NCBI GenBank assembly: GCA_047967505.1
Contig: CM106538.1
Strand: one strand, 5' to 3'
Source of the DNA: Dipteris shenzhenensis
Taxonomy: Eukaryota
DNA: 64,000 nucleotides
This document shows, one piece after another, positions 51,516 through 64,000 of the stretch. Each line of letters starts with the position of its first letter. Position 1 is the first letter of the stretch. The position numbers and the translations under genes were made by a program. The notes beneath the pieces are model-generated. The model did no database searches and was not told the origin of the DNA. It was given only the letters and a program-made list of their open reading frames with translations.

Positions 51516-52303
51516 AGGCTTGTGGCACAATCATACTTGCGTGCTTATCCAACTTATGTCGAAAAGTCAATTGGATAAGGAGAAAAACAATTTAACTTTC
51601 TGCCTCTCCGACATCAACTAGCAACTAGTTTTCTATTGTATTCATCCACCATGTGCTAAACGATAAAAAATATCAGTCACAAGCCGACATATCTTGAACA
51701 AAAAGTCGGACGATAAAAAGCATATAGAGAAATGCAAGGCCCGAAAGTATAAAGCTTTTGAAAATTGACGATGGCCTCCCAAGCGGGACCCTTCGATCTT
51801 CTAGAAACCCAAGTAGTTTAGATCCTTACGTCTCTTTTGACGTACACTTTCTTACAAGTTCAATAGGATACTTGTGATAATTGGAGAGTGCTTCCTTCTT
51901 CACCCTTCACTTCCATCAATGGATCAATGCGTGTCACCAGAAATAGCTAAGCTTGGACATCAAATCTACCTCATTTACATGGTGATGCAGTGACTAACTT
52001 ACCAATGCACAATGGTTAGGCATTATTAGGTAGTTAAGATGATTGGCAACTATTTGGAGGGTCAATACCACCCTAAGTGGATCATAATTGACGTGTGTAC
52101 AAAGTGTCTATGAGCAAAGTTCCCAATACATAGCTTGGCTCACATAGCTTCGCTCACTAGTTAAACACATAGGAGGTCGATACCACCCTAAGCGTATCAC
52201 GGGTAATGCATCTATGTAGAGAGCTCACCATAGTGAGGCAAAAAGAGATATAAAGCATAAATCTTGGTGGGCAATGCCTTATAATGAAAGTTCAACTAGG
52301 ACT

Positions 52304-52573
52304 CCCGAGAGGGCCACTATGTACAAACGCCATATATAAGAGGTGCAATCGAGGGGTATTTAAAAAAACCCCTACCTACAAATCTTTCTAACCTGTATAC
52401 ACCCCTTCTGTAAATTTTGAGATGATTCTGAGTATCCTTTCTGAATGAAAAATTTCACTTTTTGAATTGAAAAAACTCTTATGTATGTATATTTTTTGTA
52501 ACTCTATAAAAATATAAAACCCCTTTCGTTGATCACACCTCCTATCTTACATATTTCTTAGTCACCCCCAGGG
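52304..52573. mobile_element. MITE (270 bp)
   Basis: Ends CCCGAGAGGGCCACTA / TAGTCACCCCCAGGG; TSD CTAGGACT / CTAGGATT (7/8); homologue at 30005. Confidence 0.85.
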
Positions 52574-53214
52574 CTAGGATTGAAAGATACATATAAACAA
52601 AGTAGATAAGAGTTAAGTAGGTCCCCCAATTGAAAAGTGAGTGACACAGTTAAGTTGCACCAAAAGATTAGAAGCAATTGTAAACTCTTGTAATATTTAT
52701 AATGGTGTTAACAAACACCTTCAAAAAGTTACAATAAGCCTCCAGATTATTATCACTGAAAGGCATTAGCATTTACTATTTCTATCTGAGATTCAACCCA
52801 GTCCTATGTTGCCACCATCTCATCATGGTCAATGTAATTATAAATGAAAAAGAGAAATAAGAAATTGTTAATTTTTTCATGGATAGCACTTTCTTGGTTT
52901 CGTATGGCTTGCTCTTCATGTGGTGGAAATCTCCCTTGATGAGTGCTAGGAGTAGTAACCTCACTTATAAACTCTACCAGTTCTCTCCTATATGAAATTT
53001 TCTTTCGGTAGTAGACCTACTTATTTTTTCTCTCTCTTGCATCTCTAGGCACTTCTGAAGAGCAAACTCCTCTTTTTCAACCTAGGTAAGTGGAACACAT
53101 TGTCTCTTTCTCTACTCTTTGTTTGCCTCACTCTCCGTAATCCAATTTTTATTGCTACTAATGGCAACCTCCATAGAGGAGTTGACTTCAAAAAGATCCA
53201 TGAAGTGTTGAGCT

Positions 53215-53545
53215 AAGAGAAGATGGAATGAGGAATGGGAAGATGGAAGATCCATGAAGTAAGAGAGTAAGGTGAGATGGAAGTAGAGTGCGAGAGTAAG
53301 GCTGAAGACAAAGAAGAATGCAAGAGTAAGGTTGCGGATACGAGAATGGTAATTGGAACAAAAGTCCAAGGCGAGATGGAAGAATGAGTAAGGCTGAGGA
53401 TCTCGGAGAATGGTAATGAGAGAAGATTCCAAGGCGAGATGGAAAAAGAGTTCGAGAGTAAGGCTACGGACAAGATGGAAGAAGGAGTAAGCCCGAGGAT
53501 AGGAGAGTGGTAATGAGAGCAAAACTTCGAGATCAGATAGAAGAT
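53215..53545. repeat. Degenerate purine-rich tandem repeat (GAGTAAGG / GAGATGGAAG cores)
   Basis: Recurring GAGTAAGGC, GAGATGGAA and GAGAATGGTAAT motifs; a separate ~170-bp direct repeat follows at ~53690-53870 and ~53985-54150. Confidence 0.65.
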
Positions 53546-55050
53546 GAACAAGTAGAGATGAATTTAAGGAAGTACAAACTCATAATGTGAGATGAAAGAT
53601 TTAGAATAAAGTGATTGAAGTGAAAGACTCCAGAATAAAGTGAGTTGAAGATTTGAAAAGAAGTGAGAGGCTCAGATGTCACTATGATGATGGTTGGAGA
53701 ATGCTCTACTAGATTGTGTGAAGTAATAGATACAAGACCATAACGTGAGACATGTGAGATGATAGATTTTGAATACATTGAAATCTATGAAATAAAGTGA
53801 TCAAAGCCAAGAATGATATAATTATTAGATTCTTATCATGATATATTTATTATATATAATAAATTGGACTTCCAATAAAGTGAAACCAATTAAATAAATT
53901 GAGAGCAGATGAGTTGTCTATGATGGTAAGAGAATGGTCTAGCTTCTAGGTATAAAGTGGGAGGATGATATTTGCTATGATGAAGTTAGGAAAATGCTCT
54001 ACTAGATAGTGTGAGGTAACAAGTGCAAGACTGTAATGTGAGACATCAAATTTTGAATAAAGTCAAATCTATGAAATAAAGTGATCGAATTAATATAATT
54101 ATTACATTCTTACCATGAGAGTCCATTTAATGTATATAATAAATTGAACTAAAAGATGTTTTTATTTCCATCATCACACATTTATATGTATCCATGTTAA
54201 CTTCCCCTTATGTATCCATGAGTAAATGAAGCTGATAAATTCACACATTTAATATAATCAACCACAATAACATTATGATCCAACAAATAAATACAAAGTT
54301 AAGATATTGCAACTATAGATATCCAAGACGACAGTCCCTCGAGTCACCTATTGAAAAGGTCAGCTATTGTATCCAAGCCATTTGGACTGTATATTGGGGT
54401 GTGTAGAGCACAGCACAGAGCTGTTGTATCGAAGCCATTTAGGCTAAGTAATTTATGGGATATTTATATGTCTGTATGTTGATTTTATATGGCTCATTTT
54501 GATTTTATATGTCTAGCTTTATATGATTCACTATGATTTTTGATGGTCCATTATGATTGTATGTTTATATGTTTATTATGGTTCATAATGCTCATATGTT
54601 TATTTCAAATCTGATTATGATCTACTTAAATCTATTCAGGTTTGTTTAAATCTATGTTTTCTTTGATTTAAATTTGCTCAAAATTGTTTAAATCTTATTT
54701 AAACATGTATTTCAAATCTGTCCAGATATAATTATACCAGACAATCTGTGCAGATATAATTATACCAGACAATATGGTCCTTGATTCATTACACGTGGAA
54801 GAGACAAAAGCAGAATTGTAGTTGTCCATCCATGTCAATAGCAATCTTGAAAAGAATGAATTCCCAAAATCAATCACTAGCTGGCGAAAGAGGCAGTAGA
54901 GGAGGGAAGCAACAAAATGGGATCGAATTTATAGGTGGCATTTGGACATATTAGAAACAGTGGAGGCAAATGGATCATCCTCAACTCTTGTGCCTACCTC
55001 CACACCCACCAAAAGTGGTACCAACACCTCTCCATAAAGAATGAAGAGCT

Positions 55051-55704
55051 ATGATCTTAGACTTGAATGGCCTTCTAGTAAAGGTTGTTGAGTCATATCA
55101 TGGAGATATACCCCCACCTTATGAAAACCTAATGGAAAAACATAAAGAGTCCAAGGGACGGACCATGTTTATTCGTAGAGATGCTATTGCCTTCTTGGAA
55201 TTTTGTGTGTCATGGTTTGAAGTGTTTATTTGGAGCACATCTAGAAGAAAAAAAGTAAACAAAATCCTCCGTGCATGCTTTCCACAACATTTTGAAAAGA
55301 TAACAATTCTGGATCAGGAAGCTTGCTATAGTGTTGGACTCATGGTGGTGAACAGAAATGGAGAGTTGTTGAATGAGAAGCCTGTCATCTTCAAGCACTT
55401 TCCAACCATTTGGAACCATTTCACACACTTGTCGGCAACCAACAATATTATTTTGGATGACTCCTTATACAAGATTTGTAGAAACCCATCTGGAACATGG
55501 AGAGTACTTCCAAAGTTTGAGATGCAAGGTCTTGAAGAAATGTGCTCCCATTTGATGGATGATGTCGCACTGTGGCTATATGTCTAGCTTCAAATGGAGG
55601 ATCGGCAATCCTACACATCACCTAAGCATGACATGTTCCATGATACGGAATACATTGACATTTTGGAGTATATGGTCAAATACAGTTGCTGGACTGAGTT
55701 ATGA
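55051..55704 (+). pseudogene. Intronless FCP1/NIF-homology (HAD phosphatase-like) domain ORF, probably pseudogene
   Basis: ILDLNGLLV, FLEFCVSWFEVFIWST, DQEAC, KPVIFK, IILDDSLYK..NP; TAG at 55585 with the frame staying open to TGA at 55704; stops immediately upstream. Confidence 0.7.
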
Positions 55705-56209
55705 AGATGGAAGCAAAGGCATATAGTGGATACCAACTTCTTTTGTATATAAATATTCACTTTAATAGAATTCATTCTTTTTTGCTCCTATGTTGCCTGT
55801 TTGGAAATCGCTGACTGATTAGATTCCTTTTCCTATTGCAAAATAGACTTGTTTGAAGTGTTCTTATTTCAACTCTTGCTTCGTGTCTTCGAAACTTTTG
55901 CCTTTTCATGTGTGCTCTTAAGAACCTTCTTGGAATGCAATGACCAAATAAGACTATCATTTGTGGAATGGTATAGCAAGGCAATGTTTCTCTCAATGCA
56001 ATATTATTATAATTTATCGTATGAGAAATGCCCTTGTTCTTTCAATGCAATGGTCTCGCACTTAGTACATGGCAATATTATATTCAAGCTATTCCAATAT
56101 AATGTTGTTGTTTAGCAAGGCAATGTTGCTATTATAGTGTAATGTAAATATAATTAATACAATGTCCTTGGAATGCACATAGCATCACAAGCTATCATCT
56201 TCTAATGCT

Positions 56210-56560
56210 ATGTAGTAGCACTAGTAAAAGAACCAACCACTAGCAACAGCACTAACTATTAGCAACATCCCTAACCACCAGTAGCAGCACCGAGCAACAG
56301 CACCAACATAGTAGGAGTAGCACTAACAAAAGCACTAAAAATAGCACCAACCACTAGCAACTGACTAACAACAACAATAGAAGTAGCACCAATCGCTAGT
56401 AGTTGCACTAGCATAACCACTATAGCAGCTACACCAAACACTAGCAGCACTACAGTAGCACTAGCAACACCAACCACTAGCAACTACACTAGTAGCAGCA
56501 CTATAGTAGCTACACCAACCACTACCAGCAGCAACATCACTAACTAGCAAGCACCCAATC
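56210..56560. repeat. Low-complexity repeat (ACCAACCACTAGCA / TAGCAGCAC)
   Basis: Direct reading. Confidence 0.7.
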
Positions 56561-56824
56561 ACTATATATATGCCCTAAAAAGATCGTAGCCATTTAGAGT
56601 ATGGGAAAAGAACCATTATAAGAGGGATGTAGGCCAAGATTATAGCAACACACACTATTGTAGGGACATTAAGGGACAATATGTTTATCAATGCAACTAC
56701 TATTAAATAATGTCAAGGATTACAAGGATGCAAAGAAAAGGAACCATTGATCGTACGATGGAAAAACCTAAACAGATTTAAGCAAATAATAGTAAGATTT
56801 GAAATAAACATATGAGCATAATGA

Positions 56825-59800
56825 TGTTGAGATATCGAGCTCCACTCATGATATGCCAGGGTGACCATTGTGCATTTATGTCACTGACTTGTTAGCTGCA
56901 GATGCAGTTGGTACACCACCCATGAATAATAGCTGGATGACATCTATCTTTATGTACTCTAATTAGTGGCTCAATTAGTATGCCACCTTAGTTAGCTGAG
57001 TTTGGTTTGAGACACACATATGGGGTTCACCTATTCTTTCATACAGAGAGAGTTCTTTTGGCTTTCAAAACTAAGAAGAGAAAAACTGTTTTCAACCTCC
57101 ACCTTTGTGTATATTCCCCCATTGTGTATGTGAGAAAGCTGCAAGTGAGACTCCTTCTTCTCTCTCACTCTCTTCACATGGTATCAGAGCTCGGTTTGTG
57201 GTAAGGAGCTCAAGAAAGCAAACCAAGTTCGCGGTGTCCTAGTAAGAGGATCAGTGTTGCTTTCCTTTTTTTTTTCGAGTTTGGGAGCAAATCTCTACAG
57301 GTAGCACAGCTGGAAAGTGCAAGAGTGCACTGTCTCAGATTGGGACGCCCTTTGCGGTGTGGCGAGAGGGTAGTATATGCTGTGGGATAAGGCAAAGCCC
57401 TTGGTTACATTACTTTTTGGATTCGAGTCCATTTCAGGCCCATTTTGGTGGCGGAAGTTCTACACAGGCACTCAGAAAACTGCCCTCTTTTTGCTCTGCA
57501 GCCACTGTTCTGTAGGTCAGTGAAAAGTTATCAGAGAAATTACATCGTATGCATGTGCGCAGAGATATTAGGAGTGACAAAATCATTCTGATTGCCTGTT
57601 GATGCATAATCGTCACTAGGAAGTGACTGTGTGGTCAAATACCACTTTTGTCAGTTTTGTAGATTTGCCCTTGTGAGGCAAAAGTTGTGTTTTTTTGTAG
57701 TGACAGAATATTTGCAGTGTTCTGTAATGGCGTTTGATGCTCTTTCACAGATTGTCACTGAAAATCTTGACAAGAACAACTTCCAAGCATGGAAGTTTAG
57801 AATGACGAATTTCCTTAAGGGAAAAGGCTATTGGGAGTTCATTACTGGAGCAGAACAAGAACTAGTTATTCCTAATGTTCCTAATCAACAGGAGTTGCAG
57901 GCATTCAAAGGATAGCATGAGAGAGCTAGAAAAGTTATGTACTGGTTGTCTATCAGTATTTCAGATTCTATGATTGTGCATATTCAGGATGCAAGCACGC
58001 CGAAGGAGTCGTGGGATATTTTGACAAAAATGTATAGCACAAATACACAAGCCAGGAAAATGTAGCTCAAGCAAGAGTTGCATAATGTGCAGAGAGAAAA
58101 TAAGAGCATCAATGACTACCACATGAACGTGAAGAATATTACAGATGCACTTGCTTCTATTGGGTCACCAGTGGAAGATGATGATTTAGTTTCTATGAAC
58201 TTGAATGGTCTAGGAAAGGATTATGCACAATTCTGGACATCCATTGCCGTCCGTGAGAATTTTTCTGATTTTGAGGAGTTGATTGCTCTTCTTATTTATG
58301 AAGAGCAAAGAAATTGTGGTGCATCTTCTTCAGGAGGAACTTCAAAAGAAGTTGTCTTCTACTCAAATGCTGGAAGAGGTAGAGGCAGAGGTAGAGTAGG
58401 CTAATTCGGAGGCCGTAGCAGAAATCAGAATATGCAGCAAATTCAAGAAAACCAGTCCTATGGAGGAGGACGTGGTAACTTTAGAGGCAAGGGGAGCCAA
58501 AGAGGTCGTGGTGGATGGCATAGAGGCCAAAATGCAAACACCAATGTTGAATGCTACTACAATGCTAAAATGGGTCATATGGTTAAAGACTACTATAAAA
58601 AGCAGAATGACATCATGACTAGAAAATTGTAGCAAGGCAATTATGCATCCTCTAGTAGACAGGGTGATGACAGAAATGAACATCTGTTTATGGTGTAGCA
58701 CATGACCAATTTTGTGACAAGTGCAAAAGAAAGCAATGATGTGTGGTATGTTGACTCAAGTGTGTCAAACCACATGATAGGTCATGTAGAATGGATGCAC
58801 GATGCAAGGAAAATGGAAAGACCAGGATTTGTGAAGACTGGTGATGATACTGCACATCCTATTGTGCAGATTGGTAAAATTTCTTTGTATATGGAGGATG
58901 GAAAAAAGAAATACCTATCTGATGTATTTCATGTCCCAAATATCACCAAGAATGTGGTTTCTGTTGGTCAAATGGTTGAGGAGGGCTTGTAGGTCAGATT
59001 TTATCCTCATGGATGCTTTGTTGAGGATATGAAAAATAAAGGTCGCTTGATAGCAAAAGGGAAGAAGAAGGGCAAGATGTTTACGTTGGATGCAGACATG
59101 CCTAAATTGAGTGCAGCAATATTTGCACATGGGACCGGTGTAGTTGCACATATTGATATCTGGCATAAATGCATTGGTCATGTTAATGTACAACGACTTA
59201 AATTAATGCAGGCCCAAAATATTGTTGTAGGATTGCCTAAGTTCAAGGTTGCAAAAATGCATAAGATATGTGAATCCTGTCAATTTGGAAAACAGGCAAG
59301 AAAACCATTTCCTAGACATGTTCAAGAGAGTAAGAGGCCATTGGAATTGATCCACTCTGATGTGTGGACTACTAAAGTTGCATCTATTGGAGCTGTCATT
59401 ATTTTGTCACTTTTACTGATGACTATAGCAAAAAAGTTTGGGTGTATTTTATGAAAAAGAAAAGTGAAGTGTTTGGGCATTTCAAAGCTTTTAAAGCTAT
59501 GGTTGAAAAAGAAACAGGCCTGCAAATAAAATGCCTAAGGTTAGATGGAGGGGGAGAGTACCTTTCAAATGAGTTTACAAGTTTTCTACAGGAGCATGGC
59601 ATAAAGCAACAATATTCATGTAGTCATACCCCACAGCTAAATGGACTTGCAGAAAGGAAAAACAGGCATATTGGAGTGGTATCTCGTGTCATGCTCAACA
59701 AAAAAAGCTTGCCATATTATTATTGGGCTGAAGCAGTTGCTACAGTAGTCTACATAATGAACAAGACTCCCATTGTAGTAATACATTGCATGATGCCAGA

Positions 59801-62739
59801 TGAGAGGTACACTGGTAGGAAACCATATATTTCTAATTTGGAAGTTTTTGGTTGCATTTCCTATGTTCATGTGCCAGATGAGTTGAGATCCAAGTTGGAT
59901 CCAAAAGCTGAGAAGTGCATCTTTATTGGTTATTCTGTGTAGCAGAAAGGGTATAGATGCTATAACCCTTCTACTCGTAAGTTTACAGTGAGAAAAGATG
60001 TTTTTGATGAGATGAGTAGCTGGTATAAACCAGTAAATGTGATTGATGATGTAGATGCATAAAATGGTAATGCTGCACAGAATTCACAGTAGCAATCATA
60101 AAATATTAGTGGACTTGTAGTGTCCTCTAGTAGTGGTTCACATACTTCGCCATGGACAGGCACATTGAGATCAGGAGGATCTCCTCAAAGCAATGCAGAT
60201 AGTAGTATGCAAGTATCACGAAAAGGAAAAGAGAAAGTAGATCAGCCCATGGTTGATGTGAATGCAGGTCACTCTTATGTGGATGGTGAATCCAGTGGCT
60301 CAGAATAGAGCCTTGATGATGAGTTGGGTATTCCTTCTGTTACACCTAGAGTAAGGAAGAGAAGGGATGTTTTGAGAGCACTTGGTAGTGAGCCTATTTT
60401 GCGTAGGTCTACCAGAGCTAGGTATCCTGTGGATAGGCTTAAATATGATGGATTTACAGCCATTCACTATGCCTATATGGTCAAAGTGATACATGAACTA
60501 GAACCCACTTCTTTTGAGCAAGCCATGGGAAAAGAAAAATGGGAGAAAGCCATGGATGCCTTGGAAGCAAATGCTACATGGGAATTGGTGCCTTTTCCTA
60601 AAGACAAGAATGCAATTGGCTGCAAGTGGGTTTATAAGGTGAAGCACAATGTAGATGGTTCTATGAACAGATCCCGGGGGATTCACTCTTCATTAAAGGG
60701 GGACGTCACCTGCGTGGATGAACTTCAAGAAAACCCCCTATTTAAGATCCATGTAGGATGATAAAACACCCCTATTTAAGCTTATAAGATACCACCAAAA
60801 TTCTATTATGTCCCCCCCTTTCCTTAAATCTACGTTCTTTCTGAAGAATTTAGATTACACAATAAGAAATTTTAGACTACTTTCCTTGTCACTATTTAAA
60901 ACCATACACAAAACCAAACTTGTTCGGACTAGTTACCCAAGGTAGCCTATACTATGTCCCCCCCTCTTAAATATGGCATGGTCACCCTAACTTAAATTCA
61001 ATATTGAGAAAAAATAAAAAGGGCCCCCACCCCTAATGTATAAGCTTATTCCTCATTTTAGAAAACCCCCTATTGTACACTCACGTGATATCATAAGTTC
61101 CCCCATGTGAATCCCCCGGGGAACAGATACAAGGCAAGATTAGTTGTCAAGGGGTATGCATAGACATATGGCATTAATTATGAAGAAACATTCAGTCCGA
61201 TTGCAAGGATGGCAACCGTAAGAGCAGTCATTTCTATGGCTGCATCAAAGGGATGGTCTTTACATCAGATGGATGTAAAGAATGCTTTCTTGAATGGTGA
61301 TTTGCAAGAAGAGTTCTATATGGAGCAGCCACCAGGTTATGTTCATGTTGTTCATCCTGAGTTTGTTTGTAGGTTGAGGAAAGCCTTGTATTTCTTGAAG
61401 CAAGCACCCAGAGCATGGTTTGACAAGATAGGACAATATCTTGTCACTCTTGGATTTCAAATTTCCAAGGCAGATTCTCACTTTATGTGAGAAAAATAGA
61501 GAAAGGCATTCTGTTGCTTGTCATGATTTGATCATCACACGTGATAGTGATGAAAATATCCTTCATGTGACAATGCTATTGAAGTAGAAGTTTGAGATGA
61601 AAGATTTGGGAGAGATACGTTACCTCTTGGGCATTGAGATGATTAGATCCACAAGTTGGATATGGCTCTTGTAGAGGCAGTATTGATTGGACATGCTGTC
61701 CAAATATGGGATGATAGGCTGTAAGCCTATTTCAGTTCCTTTGAAGCAAAATGTGAAGTTGAGCGCAGATGCAGGTTCGCTTCTGGAAGACCCTACTATG
61801 TACAGACGCATAGTAGGAAGTTTGATTTATATGACTATTACCAGGCCAGATTTGAGCTATGTTGTTGGGTTGGTAAGTCAGTTTATGTAGGCTCCAAGGA
61901 AACCACATTTGGATGCGGCTAGACACATACTGAGGTATGTGAAGTCCACATTACAGTATGGACTATTTTATGAGACTCGGGTTCAGATACAGTTGCATGG
62001 ATACCCTGATACTGATTGGGATGGTAGTATTTCTGATAGACGATCTACCAGTGGATAACATGAGCAGTTTACACTTGGCAAATAACATGAGTAGCTGATT
62101 GGGATGGGCCAGTTGTCATTTATTGTGACAACATGAGTAGTATACACTTGGCAAATAACCCAGTCTATCATGCTAGAACAAAGCATATTGACGTGCATTA
62201 TCACTATGTGCGGGAGAAGGTTCTAGTAGGTTTTATTGATCTAGTTTATGTCAGCACAGAGGATCAAGTAGCTGACATATTCACAAACGCATTGGGTGCA
62301 GAGAAGCTGCGCAAGTTCAGAGACCTGCTTGGTGTGCAGGAATTGGGATTGAGCTCGAGGGGGAGTGTTGAGATATCAAGCTCCACTCGTGATATGCCAG
62401 GGTGACCATTGTGCATTTATGTCACTGACTTGTTAGTTGTAGATGCGGTTGGTACACTGCCCATGAATAATAGCTGGATGACAACTATCTTTATGTACTC
62501 TAATTAGTGGTATGTACTCTAATTAGTGGCTCAGTTAGTATGCCAACTTAGTTAGCTGAGTTTGGTTTGACACCCACATATAGGGTTCACCTATTATTTT
62601 GTATAGAGAGAGTTCTTTTGTCTTTCACAACTAAGAAGAGGAAAACTGTTCTCAGCCTCCACCTTTGTGTATATTCCCCCATTGTGTATGTGAGAAAGCT
62701 GCAAGTGAGACTCCTTCCTTCTCTCCCACTCTCTTCACA
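56825..62739 (+). mobile_element. Ty1/Copia family A copy 3, full-length, degenerate
   Basis: 5' LTR 56825-57178, PBS TGGTATCAGAGC 57179-57190, gag-pol fragments, 3' LTR 62366-62739, TSD AATGA at 56820-56824 and 62740-62744. Confidence 0.97.
60673..61120. mobile_element. MITE (448 bp) inserted in Copia RT
   Basis: Perfect 14-bp TIR CCCGGGGGATTCAC / GTGAATCCCCCGGG; perfect 8-bp TSD GAACAGAT (60665-60672, 61121-61128); the site is empty in copy 2 (~20626). Confidence 0.97.
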
Positions 62740-62929
62740 AATGAACCATAAGAAAAGGATGCAGGCTAAAACAACTTTGTAGTATACAAAATACCACTTT
62801 GCATTGAGTGGTTCTGTTTCATGAAAGTATGGCCCTTGAGGGGTCCCCTTTAGGGGCAAGGGCCATATAGACATGCAACATATGTCCAATGGCAAGTCGA
62901 TATGTCCCTTGCCCCAAGGGCTATATCGT

Positions 62930-63150
62930 TTACTTATGTTAGCATACTTGTTAGCACACTTATGTCAGGATACTGATGTTAGCATACTTGTTAGCATATA
63001 CATTTGCATAGTTATGTTAAGATACCGTTGTTAGCATACTTGTTAGCATATATATGCTAGCATACTTATGTTAGCATTCTTATGTCAGGATACTGATGGT
63101 AACATACTTGTTAGCATACTTATGTTAGTGTACTCATGTTAGCATATGTG
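62930..63150. repeat. Tandem repeat, TGTTAGCATACT core
   Basis: More than a dozen degenerate 11-14-bp units. Confidence 0.85.
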
Positions 63151-63284
63151 TTAACACAAATTAGCTTTTGAATGCTTCCAAACAGTTAGTATTGCAAAAA
63201 TTGCAAACACTTCATATTGCAACTATTCCTCAAAGAATAGTTGTTACATGTCAACATCAAAGGGCATGCTGTTATATATGACTT

Positions 63285-64000
63285 CGTGTCGTTGCTGCTT
63301 ATCATCTGAAATGAAGAAGTGAACAATTTTAAAAAAATTTTCCACCTTATGGTAGTAAGTTATATGAACAAAAATTAAGACCTATACACTGAATGCCAGT
63401 GCATTTATTGAATCTCATTCTATTCTTTGAAAGCATAATTTTTTGCAAAGTCTACAACTGACACAACCATATCATCAGGGAATTTGAGAATACATTCCTT
63501 GAATTGAGGAGCTTGCCATCGGGCTATGTAGTTGTGTTGATAAAGTGCTTCATTTTTACTTTTCAAGAACTGCAAAAACTCCCAATATTGCATGTCTTTG
63601 TTCACAAGATCTTTCCTCTTCTTCTTATTTCCATGCTTTCTACAGTATCCACATATTCAAATACTTTCATAGTGATAGTTTTTCCTTCCTTCATTGTCTC
63701 TAAGGGGCAGCAAGCCAACTTCTTTATGCCACAATCCTTGCATTCACCCATTAAACACTTCCTATGATGGAAGGTTGCATCATTATGTGTTGGAAAAATA
63801 AATAATTCCCACAAATGAGCAACACCTTTGTAAGTGTGCAAAGTAGATGAACATATGTTGCTTGTGTCATCACTAGTACAGACAATGCATTTGCATTGAC
63901 ATTTCAAATGAATGCCAAACTTTTTATTGAGCATCACATTCAACTCATCTTTCAAAAAGGACATCTATACATGGTATTCATATCAAGCTGTCCTTTAACT
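63285..64000 (-). pseudogene. Second Sola2-like transposase fragment (divergent family), running off the window
   Basis: CLMGECKDCG, HNYIARWQAPQFKECI, VVSVVDFAKNYAFKE*NEIQ, VLIFVHITY, VHFFISDD; collinear with the 38000-38610 region. Confidence 0.8.

Noticed and set aside
56271-56483. Hydrophobic 70-aa membrane-like ORF (and Leu/Phe-rich ORFs at 53112-53551)
   Set aside because: Derived from low-complexity tandem repeats

Overview
Repeat-rich land-plant nuclear DNA (TTTAGGG-type telomeric heptamers, GA microsatellites, heavy CG/CHG-type decay). A fern-like lineage is only an impression. Only one intact host gene is evident: a two-exon Bet v 1/MLP-family gene (50756-51381, -). The rest is nested, mostly dead transposons. 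These include two Copia families (two complete family-A copies with TSDs, one partial copy, one family-B copy with TSD and a 5.6-kb insert, and one family-B copy apparently split by an inversion), several Gypsy fragments, a two-ORF LINE with an internal inversion, and five MITEs with CCCGGGGG-like ends (four with ~8-bp TSDs). The standout is a 14.3-kb DNA transposon (34889-49211) with 29-bp TIRs, GGG...CCC ends and a 4-bp TAAA TSD. It encodes an intron-containing Sola2-like DDD transposase and a convergent coiled-coil/RING gene. Between them lies a 187-bp satellite with a 374-bp higher-order dimer and telomere-repeat-substituted monomers, and arrays of an 18-bp palindrome sit upstream of both genes. 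A second, divergent Sola2-like transposase fragment lies at the right edge. All coordinates were read by eye; no database searches were run.
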